From: Callorhinchus milii
Lineage: Eukaryota
Assembly: GCF_018977255.1 (NCBI RefSeq)
Contig: NW_024704743.1
Location: 20,834,001 to 20,898,000 of the forward strand
DNA length: 64,000 nt
Direction: 5' to 3'
The notes beneath the pieces are model-generated. The model made no database searches. It was not told the origin of the DNA and saw only the letters and a list, made by a program, of their open reading frames with translations. This document shows, one piece after another, positions 48,634 to 62,104 of the stretch (positions within the stretch are counted from its first letter, which is position 1; the number at the start of each line of letters is the position of its first letter). Made by a program: the position numbers and the translations under genes.

Positions 48634-50529
48634 AGCAGATACAGTTGTTCTTTGTGTGACGGCCACATGCTGCTTTTAGTCTGTTTCTACTCTTGCCATT
48701 TAGAAACCAAGTGACCTCTAGTTAATAGTTTTAAAGCTATAAACACAATAACAAAGAACAAATCACAGGAGGGAAGATGAGCAACCTATTAATTGCATAT
48801 TTTGCATATCAATCATATTTACAGAACTAGGACCTAACAGTATGATAGTATTGAGCAACAGACAGGGCAAAGCACTGTTTGAGCACAGACACTATGAATC
48901 GAGGGGGTGAAATTAGGTGCCTTACTGGCACTGTGCCAAATTAACCACTGAAAGGAAGTACAGGAAATTGCATACCTATCAGGAGGATTTAATTTGGAAT
49001 TACGAACATAGACCTGGGTAATAACTTACAAAACTCAGTTCAATCTCTTCTTTAGCATCTGAGAACCACATATGTAAATACCACAGTTCAAGCTTTGTTT
49101 TGCTCCACGTATAGTAAATCCATCTAGATTGGTGTAACAGATGGCTAGAATGATTAATAAACACTTACAATGTCCTATGCTTACTCAAATTAATAACTCT
49201 TAATTAGGAAAGAGTATGTCTATGATAGATTCTCACGGAGGCTTATGTGCATTTATTATAAGGAAATATTGTTCCCAGAACTATACCTATTTACTTAGAA
49301 AATTGCATTTAATTTATTGCATGTTTAATGCATTATCCCTTTTTGATTGGATATTTAGCAGTCTTTATTTGATTTAAACTTTATACAGCCATTATTTCTG
49401 GTCAGAATCCTGTAATTATTGTTCTGCATAATTTATTTAACAACTGGATTGTGATAATTCCCTGCCTGACAAATCTCTAAAATAAAGTACCCTAGTGCAG
49501 AGAGGTCAATTTTGTTGATCAACCTGGAATTTATAAAACTGACAAATAGGTCATTAAAAATTGACAAATTCTAAATTTTTAACTTTTCTGTTACTCACTA
49601 TTTTCATCTAGATTGAGAGCCTGGTGTTGCACTAATATTTCTCCATACAAACTATAGTTATGTTTCAGATAATTATTAACCTAAGACAGCATGGAGGACA
49701 ATCAATTGTACTGTTTGATGTTAAAAATCTATCCTTTCTCCTAACTACCTGTTAGATCATAACAAAAGAGTTGGGATATACAGGCGAGTATTTGTTTTTA
49801 TGGTCAAACTCAGCAAATTTGATTAAACCATAAGTTATTTTTTAAAAATCTTTCCATACCAAATATTATTTTCCATTCTTCTTCCAAGCAACTAATTTTA
49901 ATTTCACTCTTCAGCTCTTCTTAAGAGGCACAGATATTATGTATTCAGCCCAGATTACCTACCACACAAATTTCCCCTTTCTGAGAGATCTTTGCTTAGT
50001 ATCTTTGGCTAATAATGAAAGTCCTTAATAATCTATTAAGTACTTTTTGGGGGTTAGCCAGGTGTCTAACACAACAAAACACATCATATCACACCACACC
50101 AGTACATCAACAACAGTAATTATTATTATTTATTATATCAACACAGTAAAGAACTGGGCCACCTACTTGGTCTAACTCTTAAGTTTTATCAATACATAGA
50201 AGACATCTTCATTAATTTTTGTTTCATCACTTTAACAAATGTAATTTGTTATTATTTGTTGTTTGAATTATGCTTTAAAATACATTATTGTTATATTTTA
50301 AAGTGAGAATTCATAATTTTGACTGAATATCACCAATTTGCATATTTGAGTTTTAATGGGTTTTCGAGTGACAATGCACATATTTGGATTCAGCCATAGG
50401 CAAACTGATTTGTATCCAATTCATTGAATATAAAAATGCAATTTTAAATTACTATATTGCTCTGCCATATAAATATACATCATCAAGAAAAATGGAAGTA
50501 CAGTATGTGAATTTCAAGAATACTAAACC

Positions 50530-52365
50530 CAATGGTTTCTCCTCCTGCCCCTGCCTGGTCACTTGCGGGGTACTCCAGGGCTCCATCCTTGGTCCTCTTT
50601 TTTTCCTCATCCATACGCTCCCTCTTGGCGATGTCATCCGCAGACACAGGGTGAACTTCCACATGTGTGCGGATGACACACAAATCTACTTTGCCTCCTC
50701 TAGTATCAAATCCAGGTCTGCCGATGTTCTATCAGCTTGTCCGGCAGATAACAGGACCTGAATGAGAACAAACTTCCTGCAACTGAATGTGGACAAGACA
50801 GAAGTCGTACTCCTTAGCTCCTGTCAATGCCTTCACTTCTGCGGATAAGAACTCCTAAACCTCCCTGGGCTCTCCCTCAGACTCACCGAACCAGTGTGCA
50901 ATCTTGGCATCCGGTTTGACCCCCAGCTTTCCTTCTTCCCCCACACCCGGTTTCTGACCAGGACCATCTTCCTCCACCTCCGCCACATTGCCCGCCTACG
51001 ACCATACCTTACCCCAAATGCAGCCGAAACTCTTGTGCATGCATTTGTCAACTCCCGCCTGGATTACTCAAACGCACTCCTCTTCGGTCTCCCCAGTTCC
51101 ACTATTCAAAAAATCCAGCTCATTCAGAACTCTGCTGCCCGCATACTTACCCGGATCAAACTCTGTATCCCCATCTCACCAGTTCTGGCCAGACTCCACT
51201 GGCTCCCCTTCAATGAACAGATCGACTTCAAGATCCACACAGTTGTGTTCAAATCTCTTCATTCCCGGGCATCTCCTTACCTCTCCGATCTCCTCACTCC
51301 CCAATCCACTACCCAGCACCTCCGCTCGACTGGCACCGGCCTCCTGTTTGTCCCTCGCACCCTCCATTCCACCATTGGAGGTCGAGCATGCAGCCACTAT
51401 GCCCCGAAACTCTGGTACACTCTCCCTCAATCCCTTCGCCTTGCCACCTCTCTCCCCTGTTTCAAGTCGTGCCTAAAAACCTTACTTTTCGACCGTGCAT
51501 ATGATCACTTTTCCCTCAACCCGGCTCTGACTCAGTCAGGAACCTAGGTGTCTTGTTGGACCCTCAACTGTCTTTTCTTCCCCACATTCAAGCCGTGACC
51601 TGCTCTGCTTTTCCTCACCTCCGTAACATCGCCCGACTCCATCACTACCTCACCCCTCAGGCCGCTGAATCTCTTGTTTATGCTTTCATCACTTCCAGGC
51701 TGGACTATGCAAACGCCCTGTTTGTCGGCCTTCCCAACTCCTCCCTCCACAGGCTGCAGATAATCCAGAACTCTGCATCCCGTGTCCTCTCCTGCACCAA
51801 ACTCCGTGACCCCATCTCCCCCACTCTCGTCCAACTCCATTGGCTCCATATCCTTCAGAGGATCCAGTTCAAGATCCTGGTCCTCATATACAAAGCCCTC
51901 CATGGCCTTGCCCCACCCTACCTCTGTGACCTCCTAACCCCCTACCAATCCGCCCGTTCCTTCCGTTCAGCCGGCTCTGGTCTGCTCCACATCCCCCTCC
52001 ACAACCTCCCCACCGTTGGCAGGAGAGCCTTCAGCCACTCTGTCCTCAACCTCTGGAATTCCATCCCCCAGTCACTCCACCTCGCCCCCTCCTTAGCCTC
52101 CTTAAGTCCCGCCTCAAGACCCTCCTCTTCGACCATGCCATCGGCCACCCCCCCTTGCCCTCCCCTCCCTTCTCCCCCCCTGACCCCAGCTCGGGTCTGT
52201 AATGCTGTATTCTGTCCAGCGCCTTGGGACGTCCTCCTGACGTGAAAGGCGCTATACAAAAGTAATCTTCTTGTTGTTGTTGACTCAGGTTCCGCCACTG
52301 TTAAGCGCTCTGAGACGGCATCCCGCGTAGAGGGCTCTATATAAGTGCAAGTTGTTGTTTTTGTT
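50530..52365 (+). mobile_element. Older L2 LINE (RT 3' half) split by a nested younger L2
   Basis: GVLQGSILGPLFFLI, HMCADDTQIY and a 217-aa ORF at 50894-51547; its own tail resumes at 52289-52365. Confidence 0.9.
51536..52280 (+). mobile_element. Younger 5'-truncated L2 with an 8 bp target-site duplication TGACTCAG
   Basis: 230-aa ORF at 51553-52245 (SRLDYANALFVGLP, LHWL); TGACTCAG at 51528-51535 and 52281-52288. Confidence 0.9.
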
Positions 52366-53093
52366 ATCAATGTTTAGAATAGGACTTTTTTTTAACCAAT
52401 ATAGCTGTAGTCCCTGTAATGTCAGCTACTGTAAGTTAGTGTTAGCAACTGGAAATCTTTCTTGCTCTACAATAATATATACAGAAGTCAAATGTGTTGC
52501 AACCAACAGAAATTCTAAACGAATGACAGATTTTTCCAGGAAATATTATATCATAGGTCTGCCCTTTCCCCAAGGCTGGCCTTGAGAAATATTTGGAAAG
52601 GCTATTGAAGGACAACTTCTGTCATTCATGACTAACACAACCCCTAATCTGAGTTGTTAAGGTCAGTTTAGAGAAAACGCACTTGAGGACCATTTGGAGG
52701 TCCTACCATCACATGGCAGCAGCATGGACAAAGAGCTGCCACAAAGTGGCAGACCAGACTCAATGGCCCAAATAACCTACTCCTGTTTCTATTGGTTTCA
52801 AATGTCTTCCACTTGGAATATCCTCCCTAACAGATCAGAGAAACATTTGAGAGAACAGAAAATTAGAATACTTCAATGTGAAGCGCAATACTTAGGCATC
52901 AGAAACACTATAATATGTACAAAATTTAATTTCGGAATACAGTGGAAAAATCTGATGATTGCATAAATTAGATCAACAGGATTACAATCTGGAATGTGAT
53001 TTTTCTTTTGTTAAAAATATTTCTGTTAGCATTTTCAAACCATCTATAGTCCCAGTATTCAATGTAATGTTAAGTAGATCCATCAATACAAAC

Positions 53094-53168
53094 CTTGTAT
53101 TCAGCCTTCATCTTTGTTAATGCATCTGAAAGCTGCTGCTTAAAACTTGAGCATAAGGTTTGAATCTT
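53094..53168 (-). CDS. C10orf67: C10orf67 exon 4 (KIQTLCSSFKQQLSDALTKMKAEYK)
   Basis: Acceptor tcattgcag, donor AAG|gtttgt, 75 nt, phase 0-0. Resembles human SFNQQLADAIAVIKGMYQ. Confidence 0.9.
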
Positions 53169-54532
53169 CTGCAATGACAATTAAAGCAAAAAAGCAGATA
53201 CTTTCAATGGCTGATATACTGTTTCTCTTTATTGGTTCATTTTAAGGGAACAAACCATATTCAACTCACTCTCAACTATAAATCCCTCTAGTCTAGCGCC
53301 TCCCTACCTCTGTGATTTTCTCCTATCCCACTCCTCTGTTGGCCCCTCCACTCAGCTAACTTGAGACTGCTGTGCAGAGCCCACCAACTCCATCAGTGGC
53401 TGAGCCTATAACAACATATAATATTAATTATTGGATTTGTTTGGCACCTTTCAAGCCGGAAGAAAGTCTCAAAGAGCTTCACATGATTTTTGGTAAAGTA
53501 TTGTGATTTTGTATTTTGTGGATGAAACAGAGCATGGGATCTTAAATGGCCATCTAAACAGACACATGGGCCCTTAGTTCAATGTCTCATCCTAAGGATT
53601 GCACCTCCAACAATGCAGTGCTTCCCCACAAAATATACAGTCAATTCACTTAACAGTATATTCTGTGAAGCACTTTGAGACATCTCAAAGACTTGATAAG
53701 GCGCTACATCAAATGCAAGGATTTTTTTGTCCCAGGAACTATTAGATTATCAACCTAGACCATGAATTCAAGTCCTGATGTTGGGAATGAACCCACAACC
53801 CTCTGAGGCGAGTGCTACCATCTAAGTCAGGCAAAAGGATGCTTAACGATGCTCCTCCACTATCCTCTGAAACTTTCTGTTTTTATCTTTTATCCCTTCA
53901 GCTCTGTCGATCTTTAAATCTGGTCTAAAAACTAACACTTTGATCAAGCCTATGGCTACCTCATCCTCCCCCTCCTCCATTGCTCTGCATCTGACTCCAT
54001 CTATTTGGAGTGCTTAGTGACGTATTTCTATGTGAAGGATGCAATATAAATGCAATAGTTATGACCAATGAACACAATCTGGTGATAAGATTGCATTACA
54101 GGAACAGTGAGCAATTACAACTGAATTCAATATCTGGATTGAAGGGGAGGAAGGAAGGTCACAAATCACAGATTTTGGACTCGAGGCCAAATTTGAAGCG
54201 ATAGGAAAGAAAATTAACTGAAATACAATGTGAGGCACTGTTAATTGATAGATCTACTGAAAAATGTGTAGTCTATTCAAAGAGCTAATTAGTACATTAC
54301 AAAACAGTTATTTTGATGTGAAGTAACCATAGTTTAATTTGGTTACCACCAATCTGAAACAAAACAGAATGGCTTGCCTTATGTAATGACAAGGGCAGTG
54401 GTAAGAACAGAGACTGGGAGGAATATAGAAACAAAAGGAGACCAAGCAAATCATATGGAGGGTAAGAGGGAATATTAAAAGACCTTGCAGATGGTACCAC
54501 GCATAATTAAAAAGAACATATTTATTTATTAC

Positions 54533-54676
54533 CTGTCTGTGCAATGTCTCAAGAACAGTAATCTGATCATTCATCCTTTTGTATAAGACTAAGGATTGCT
54601 CCTGCATTTTCAAATCATAGCCTGCTTCCAGAGACATCTTGCTGCATTCCAAGTCTCTCTTAACCACATGAATTTC
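54533..54676 (-). CDS. C10orf67: C10orf67 exon 3 (EIHVVKRDLECSKMSLEAGYDLKMQEQSLVLYKRMNDQITVLETLHRQ)
   Basis: Acceptor tctttttcag, donor CAG|gtaata, 144 nt, phase 0-0; coiled-coil DUF4709-like segment. Confidence 0.9.
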
Positions 54677-55324
54677 CTGAAAAAGACAAAATAGTTCTAA
54701 TATGACAAACACTTTTCAATAGCTAGCCACACTGTGGTTGAAACAGTTGCTAAAACTTTGTCTTAGAAAAAAGAATGTTAAATGACTTTGATTCAAGATG
54801 AAGCAATAATTTGATATGTTTGAGTTGATTATGTAAATGAGATACAAGTTCCATAAAAATAGCAATATCCTGCAACTAACTTTTATTAAGGGAACTTGTG
54901 TAAGCAGTCTCCAAAATTTCTATAAATGTATTAGGTTTCCTTTCAGCTGCTTTTCACAATATTCACAATATCCCAAGTTGCAACTTAAACATTGACTTTC
55001 ATATAATTCTTAAGCATCAACTTGATTCAACATAAACATCATACTGTATGTGGAATACTGATTTCTGTGACATGCAGAAGTACAATATTTTATTGCATTA
55101 AGCATGCATCTCAGGAATCTAATATTTGGCAGAATGCCAAGCTAATAATTCATGTAAATAAAATTGCAATATACATCAATCCTTAAAATAGCCTTACAAA
55201 AAAACAGGGGATGGGGATTTAAAAAATCTGAATTCTAGTATTTGAAGAGGTCTCCATTTGAAGTAAATATTGGGATTGCAGGTCCATTATTAACATTTCC
55301 ATGCTGTTTTCTGCTATTCCAAAG

Positions 55325-55632
55325 TAATAATAATAATAAATAATCCTTGCATTTGATATAGCGCTTTTCATGTCTTCGAGACATCTCAAAGCACTTCACA
55401 GAATATACTGTATATACTGACTGTATATTTGTGCGCAAAACGCAGCAGCCAATTGCACACAGCAGTGTCCCACAAACAGTCGTGGATTGAAGTGACCAAA
55501 TTATTATTTTTTTTCTTGAGGGATTATTATGAAGTGCATGGAGTAAGGAAACTTGCCCAAAGTTTTGACCTGCCGGGAATCAAACCAGGGTCTCTCGCTT
55601 GCAAAGCAAATGCTCTAACCACTGAGCTATTC
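55325..55632 (-). mobile_element. tRNA-Ala-derived SINE (deleted form)
   Basis: Same head, body and tail as 9048-9359. Confidence 0.87.
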
Positions 55633-57130
55633 TAAGGTATGTCTCAAAAGGCAGAAGGAAACGCTTTGACACTGGTGAAACAGTTGCCAAAGTGGCCCTG
55701 TTGCATTTTCTGTAGGATTTTAAAATTTGAACATGCAACCTGGACGATGCAGACCCTAATTTGGTGTCTGGGACCCTATGGGACACTACCCTGCGTGAGG
55801 AGCGTTGTGTAAATGCAAATTGCTGTTGTTGATAACTACCTCTATTGAAGTTCCAAAATATAAAAAAAAACCTTGGCATGATTTCTTGAGGGAATAAGAA
55901 TGAGCTCAATTCTGTTTATTTAGGTACACTTGTCACCTCATATGCCAATAGTATCTTGCAACAAATATTTCAGCTGAGGTGGAAAAATCTTCTCTCTTCG
56001 TTCTATTGATTCAAGTAGCAGCAATAATGACTGAGAGCAGAGATTTTTGCTCCTAAACTTATCACAAGTTAGATAAGCAATTTGAGTTATGATGTGGAAC
56101 ACTGAAGGACATGAGCTGTGCATAGCCACCCTTCTGTTATGGTAGAGACATGCTCAACCAGTTACCAACTATGATCTGAATATTAAGTTAAGATGCTAAT
56201 TTGCAATTCAATTCCACTGTAGATGTTTTTATAATGATTGGTATAACTAAGCTCAAGAATAATTTTGCTAGTGTAATGATATTCATATTGGAGGCTTTGT
56301 ATAAAAAGCTTGAGTAATCATCCCCAGTCAATTCCCAGTACAATGAGAAAACGTTTTGTTTTTCACACATATATTAAATATAATTCACCCAGTGTCCAGC
56401 CAATAATTCCCCAGGTAAAATTGTTCATTCATTTCACTGTGATTGGTTATGGTATAGAATCACAATTAAGGTGGTGGTTTGTAAAGCACTACAGTTGTCA
56501 AATTTATTTAAAACACCAATCACAGAGAATAATACAAAGCTGGGCCAATGACAGCTTAATTTCTTTTAAATTAAAAAAGATAATAATCCTTGGATTTGAT
56601 ATTGCACCTTTCTCTTCAGGAGGGCATCTCAAACGTTTCACAGGATTTACTTTAACGTAATAATAATAATAAATCCTTGCATTTGATATTGTGCTTTTCA
56701 CGTCTTCTAGACGTCTAAAATATAGTGATTGTGTATTTTGTAGGTGAATGTTGCAGCCAATTTGCACGCACCACTGTCCCACAAACATGAAGTGAATAAT
56801 CAATTTATCTCAGAGGTGGATGCAAAATCTTTTTATGACTTGCCTTAAGTGTTGGGGGGAGGGGGGTGAAAATAGATTTTCATGATTATTTATTGCATAT
56901 GGGATTTCTTAGACATTCATTCATTTTCAGTATGCGTTGTATATGTGAAATATTCATTTTATTCTTCAGTCGTGGGGCACAAAATGCACAACAGTAGCAT
57001 GAGTGATTCACCTTTCTATTTCTCTTTCTGAGAAAAAATAACTTGACTGGCACCTGAATCTTCCTAACTTGTGTTGGTGCTAATTACTCTAATCCCATCT
57101 CCCTAATCTTTCCCGTGCCCTTCAATATTA

Positions 57131-57314
57131 CAGTCAAACCTGCTCAATAAACCACAACGTTAATAACCATCCTGAAACAGCCCAGGCACAAATCTACACG
57201 CACAATGAATCAGAGGCCACCCTTATATAAATATATATAAGGGCAATTTTTAATATAAATATAAAGGCAATTTTTGACTACTCCCTAAGTGGTTGTTGAA
57301 GACAGGTTTGACTG
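57131..57314. mobile_element. Tc1/mariner (pogo/Tigger-type) MITE, 184 bp
   Basis: TA|CAGTCAAACCTG...CAGGTTTGACTG|TA: 12 bp perfect TIR extending imperfectly to ~25 bp, with TA target duplication. Confidence 0.85.
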
Positions 57315-57771
57315 TATTTTCTTAGATATTTGTCAATCTGCATTGGAAATATGGGCTCAACCTTTTCTAAACAGGAAATCTGTGTTTGTCTGTGTGTTAT
57401 GGCCTTATTCACATTCCCTATGGCTTTCCTCAAACAAATAGTCTAAAAAAAAGACACTGCCATGCACAAGATTTATTATAAAACATATACTAACACTTCT
57501 ATTAATGGAATAATTTGTTAAATTCAATTACAATCGTCAGTCACAAATGATTATGCACTACAAACTCATCTAAAAACTAACTAGTGGAGAAACACACAAC
57601 TGCTTATGACATTGTCTGCTTTCATTTTCAGCATTCTGATTCCACAAATACTGCTCTTTTATATTCTGTGTTGCTAGACCTCGGTAGATGCACTTAACTA
57701 TTCCAAACTGTATAACAAACAATTGAAAACTCAGGTTGCAACACCATTTCTGAGCGAACCAATAACACAAT

Positions 57772-57920
57772 ACATTGCTGTGCGCAATTGGCTGCCTCGT
57801 TCGCCCACAAATATACAGTCAATTCACTTTACAGTGTGTTCTGTGAAGCGCTTTGGGACGTCCTCCCGACGTGAAAAGCGCTATATCAAATGCAAGGATT
57901 ATTATTATTATTATTATTAC
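57772..57920 (+). mobile_element. SINE 3' half with an intact L2-type stem-loop tail
   Basis: ctgtgaagcgctttgggacgtcctcccgacgtgaaaagcgctatatcaaatgcaagg(att)n. Confidence 0.85.
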
Positions 57921-58376
57921 ATACCCAATAGAAGGGACTATTGAATTCTTTTTGCTCCGGTTAAAGCTTCTTGTAAACAGGTTACTGAACTGTTTGATAA
58001 AATTTGAGATGGTGAAGTCTGCAGCTACTGAACAGTACATTTTCCAAATGGCATTGATGGGCAATTATAGGCCAGTGTGATATCAAACTTCCATTTAGCG
58101 ATTATTTTCCACACAATTTTGGATCTGGATGTGGATGCGTTTTTGCTGACAAAATGTGCAGTCAATTCACTTTAGAGTATTCTGTGAGGCTCTTTGAGAT
58201 GTCTCTAAAATGTGATGGGGTGTTATATTAAATGCAAAGATTATTATTACTATTATTATTGGATTATTGTCGCAAGCTGTGTTTTTTGGAGTGAATAGAA
58301 TCCAGGAAACAATAGGTTACATAATATAATTGATCACATTTTACTGTGTTCTTGGTTTACTAAATGAGTCAAGTAC

Positions 58377-58497
58377 CTTAAATACAGATGCCAGGCTATC
58401 ACTCAGTTCTTTCAGAGCCAATATTTCACTTTCATCTGTTTGAGTTGCATGATCGGTTTTAAAGAAACCTATTTTCAGGTCATTTGAGAGACCAGAA
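58377..58497 (-). CDS. C10orf67: C10orf67 exon 2 ([40 protein letters not shown])
   Basis: Acceptor ttttttcttctag, donor AAG|gtactt, 121 nt, phase 2-0. Closely resembles human C10orf67 [30 protein letters not shown] (recalled from memory). Confidence 0.93.
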
Positions 58498-58659
58498 CTA
58501 GAAGAAAAAATATAAAACATGCCTTCCACATTGAATAATTCCAGTGTTTCTTTGCAGGTTTCCAGAAAAGAAGGGAACATGCATTACACTGTAACATGAT
58601 TTAAATAAACCTGGGTCTTATTTTCTTGACATTATACGTTTTGGTATTGAGAAACATGC

Positions 58660-60110
58660 CTGAAACGCAGTACTTTGCCAGGGTTGAAAAAGAATGATTA
58701 AGTTAAGTCAAGACCATAAATAGTTTAGCAGAAGTAGTTTAATGTTGAGAAATGCGTTGGATTACATTTGAGAATAAAACTAAGTATACTGTATACTAAA
58801 TTGTAACCTTCCAATGATGTTGAGAAACAGAGGGATATATCTTTGCAGGTTGGAATGCAGGTTGAAGTTACCTTAACAACACAAATGAGATTCTGGTTTT
58901 AAATATGGAGTATCTTATTTATAAGCAATAAAGCATATTAAATGTGTACAAGACATTAGTTAGAGTAGTTGGAGTACTGCGTGCAGTTTTGGGCACCCCA
59001 TTAAGAGAAAGGATATGAGATTAATGGAGAAAGAAAACAGTAGACTCATGCCAATGAAACTAGAAGGGTGTAATTTATTTTTAAGTTAGACATTCTGAAC
59101 TTAGGCTCATTTTCTAAATTATGTTTAACAAACAAATATAACCCCTGAGCATAATATAAATATAAATCATTAAATATATCTATTTCTGGTTCAATTATTC
59201 AAAACACCCTTCACTGTCACACAAATTAGTTTCCAATACACGTTTGCACTGTGGACCACATTCATTATGTATACATGCATTTGCTCACTTGCTTACTAAA
59301 TGCCGCCAGTAGTCTTATGCTAAAATGGCCAATTTCCAGGTCATTGAGTCACCTTCAACATCACTTCCTGCTTTGCTGCACATGTGCAAATAACAGAAAC
59401 ATAGGAATAGGAGCAGACCATTCAGCTCCTCGAGCCTGTTCCGCCATTCTATTAGATCATGGCTGATCTGTATCTCAACTCCAATTTCCTGCCTTTGCCC
59501 ATAATCCCTCAATATCCTTACCTAACAAATATCTATCCAACTTAGTCTTGAAAATTTTAATGGATCCACTACCCACAGCCCTTTGGGGGAGAGGGTTCCA
59601 GATTTCTACGAAGCTATGCATGAAAAAATGCTTCCTGATTTCATTCCCAAATGGCCTAGCTCTAATTTTAAGATTATGCCACCTTGGTCTGGATTCCTCA
59701 CCAGACGAAATAGTTTCTCTGCAGCTACTCTATCGATTGTATTCTATTTGGAGGATAAAATGCTAAATCTGTATAAATTATTGGTTAACCCACTTTTGGT
59801 TTTTTCTGTCTAGTTCTAAAAATCCCCTCTTTAGGAAGGACATCAAGGCAATGGAGAGGGTAGAGAATAGTCATTAGGAGAATACTGGAATCTATGCATA
59901 TGAGGAAGGACTGGAGAAACTGGAACAGATTTCACTGGAAGAGAGGAGCTCTCTCAAAATCATTTCTATTGGATGGTGAGTTGATAATTTGAGGGTATCA
60001 ATTTGTGACCAAATATCAAAGGGAATAATAAGAGAAACATTGTTAGGATATGGAATTTTCCACCAAAAATGAATGAAACAGAAACAAAATATTTTTTAAA
60101 AGAAAATCAA
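58660..60110. mobile_element. Cluster of CR1 fragments (+ at 58660-59070, - tail at 59395-59750, + at 59760-60110)
   Basis: tgtacaagacattagttag..ggagtactgcgtgcagttttgggcacccc (LYKTLVR..LEYCVQFWAP); aacataggaataggagcagaccattcagc tail. Confidence 0.78.
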
Positions 60111-60269
60111 ATATTTGAACAACAAATTGCATTTATATTGCGCCTCGTCGGGAGGACATCCAAAGGGGTTGGACAATGAAGGATTTAAAATATAAAATGG
60201 TATGGGGAAAGGTCAGAGCAGTGGACTATAAATGTAATCTTTCCCACTGTATTGTAAAATACTTAATAA

Positions 60270-61555
60270 TAAAATAATAATAATCCTTGGATTTGATATA
60301 CCACCTTATCACGTCTTTGAGACACCTCAAAGCACTTCACAGAATTTACTGTAAAGTGAATTGACTGTATATTTTGTGGATGAAACGCGGTAGTCAATTG
60401 CGCACAGCAGGTCCCACAAACAGTCATGGATTGAGTGACCAAATTATTATTATTTTGTTTTTTTNGAAGGGATTATTACCCCTGGAAAAGCGATCTGCCA
60501 ATCAACTAACAACCGGGTTCCTACTTACTGCTAGGTAAACAAGGGCATGTGGAGTAAGTAAACTTGCTCAAGCTTTCGCCCTGTCCTCGAATTCAAGATC
60601 CTCATCCCCATTCACGGCCTTGCTCCCTCCTACCTCTCTGACCTACTATCCCCCTACTTACCTGCCCGTACCCTCCGTTCCTCTGGCTCCAGTCTGCTCC
60701 ACATCCCCCGCCCCAACCGCCTTACCATCAGTGGCCAGGCCTTCCGCCATTTCCCTGCTCGGGTCCTGACCCAACTGTCCAGCGCTTTGGGACGTCCTCC
60801 CGATGTGAAAAGCGCTCTATAAATGAAATCTTGTTGTTGTTGTTGTCCTGTCCTCTAGCTTGTGAGGCGAGTGCTTTAACCACTAAGTCTTCATCACCTC
60901 CAGGCTCGACTATGCAAACACCGTTTGTCGGCCTCCCCAACTCCTCCCTCCACAGGCTGCAGATAACCCAGAATTCTGCAGTCCGTGGCCTCTCCCGCAC
61001 CAAACTCCGTGAACCCATCTCCCCCACTCTCGCTCGACTCCTCTGGCTCCCTGTCCTTCAAGATCCTGGTCCTCACATACAAAGCCTTCCATGGCTTCGC
61101 CCCACCTTACCTCTGCGACCTCCTAATCCCCAACCAACCCGCCCGTTCCCTCCGCTCAGCCGGCTCTGGCCTGCTCCACGTCCCCCGTCCCACCATTAGC
61201 GAGAGAGCCTTCAGCCACTCTGCCCCCAACCTCTGGAGTTCCATCCCCCAGTCACTCCGCCTCAACCCCTCCTTAAAGTCCCACCTCAAGACCCTCCTCT
61301 TTGACCATGCCATTGGCAACCCCCCCTTCGCCTCCCCTCCCTTACCCCCCCAACCCCAGTTCAGGTCTGAAATGCTGTACTTTGTACAACGCCTTGGGAC
61401 ATCCTCCTGAAGTGAAAGGCGCTATACAAATGTAATCTTGTTGTTGTTGTAAGCTGCTTCCCCACTCCTCGGGTCCAAATCCCTGGCTGTCCAGCGCCTT
61501 GGGACATCCTTCCAACGTGAGAGGCGCTATTCAAATGTAATTTTGTATTGGATTG
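60270..61555. mobile_element. Nested cluster: long-form SINE (-) with an L2 tail inserted at 60589-60846 (TSD cctgtcctc), then an L2 3' fragment (+) and an extra tail
   Basis: cctgtcctc at 60580-60588 and 60847-60855; L2 peptide FKILVLTYKAFHGFAPPYLCDLL. Confidence 0.82.
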
Positions 61556-62104
61556 TAAGATACAGGACTCCACTATTTCATGGGATAAAAAATCTAACAC
61601 TCTTTAGTGGGATACAGAAAAATGACATTACATGGGCCAAACAGGAAAGAGAAAAGGGCAATAAAAAGAGCAGAAAACAGGGTAATGAGGAAGAGAGTGA
61701 GAAGGAGAGAACAAGATTGAGGAAATGGAAAGGATAGAAAAAAAGGGAGAGATAGAACGAGACAAGGGGAATATGGAATGAAAGCTAGGGGAAAGAGTGA
61801 ATATAACAAGGGATGGGGGAGAGAAAGAGGAAAAGAAGATAATAATTCTTGAATTTGATACAATGCTTTATCACATTGTCAAAACAGTTCAAAGCACTTC
61901 ACAGGATTTACTGCATTTTGTAGGCAATGTCCCACAAACAGCCATTAAGTGAATGATAATTTTATATTTCTCTTCTCTTTTAGAATAGTACCACAGAATC
62001 TTTAATATCCACCTGAACAGGAAAACGGGATCTTGTTTTAATGCCTCATCCATAGTACGGGTTTCCTACAATGCAGCACCCCCCCAACACTGTGCTGGAG
62101 TTTC

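Noticed and set aside
49860..49920. Exon-like segment on the minus strand (ELKSEIKISCLEEEWKIIF, donor gtatgg)
   Set aside because: Open only in phase 1-1, while the flanking exons 4 and 5 join in phase 0; phase 0 hits TGA at the third codon.
61625..61840. Long GA-rich tract with K/E/R-rich and hydrophobic antisense ORFs
   Set aside because: Low-complexity sequence without splice signals or homology.
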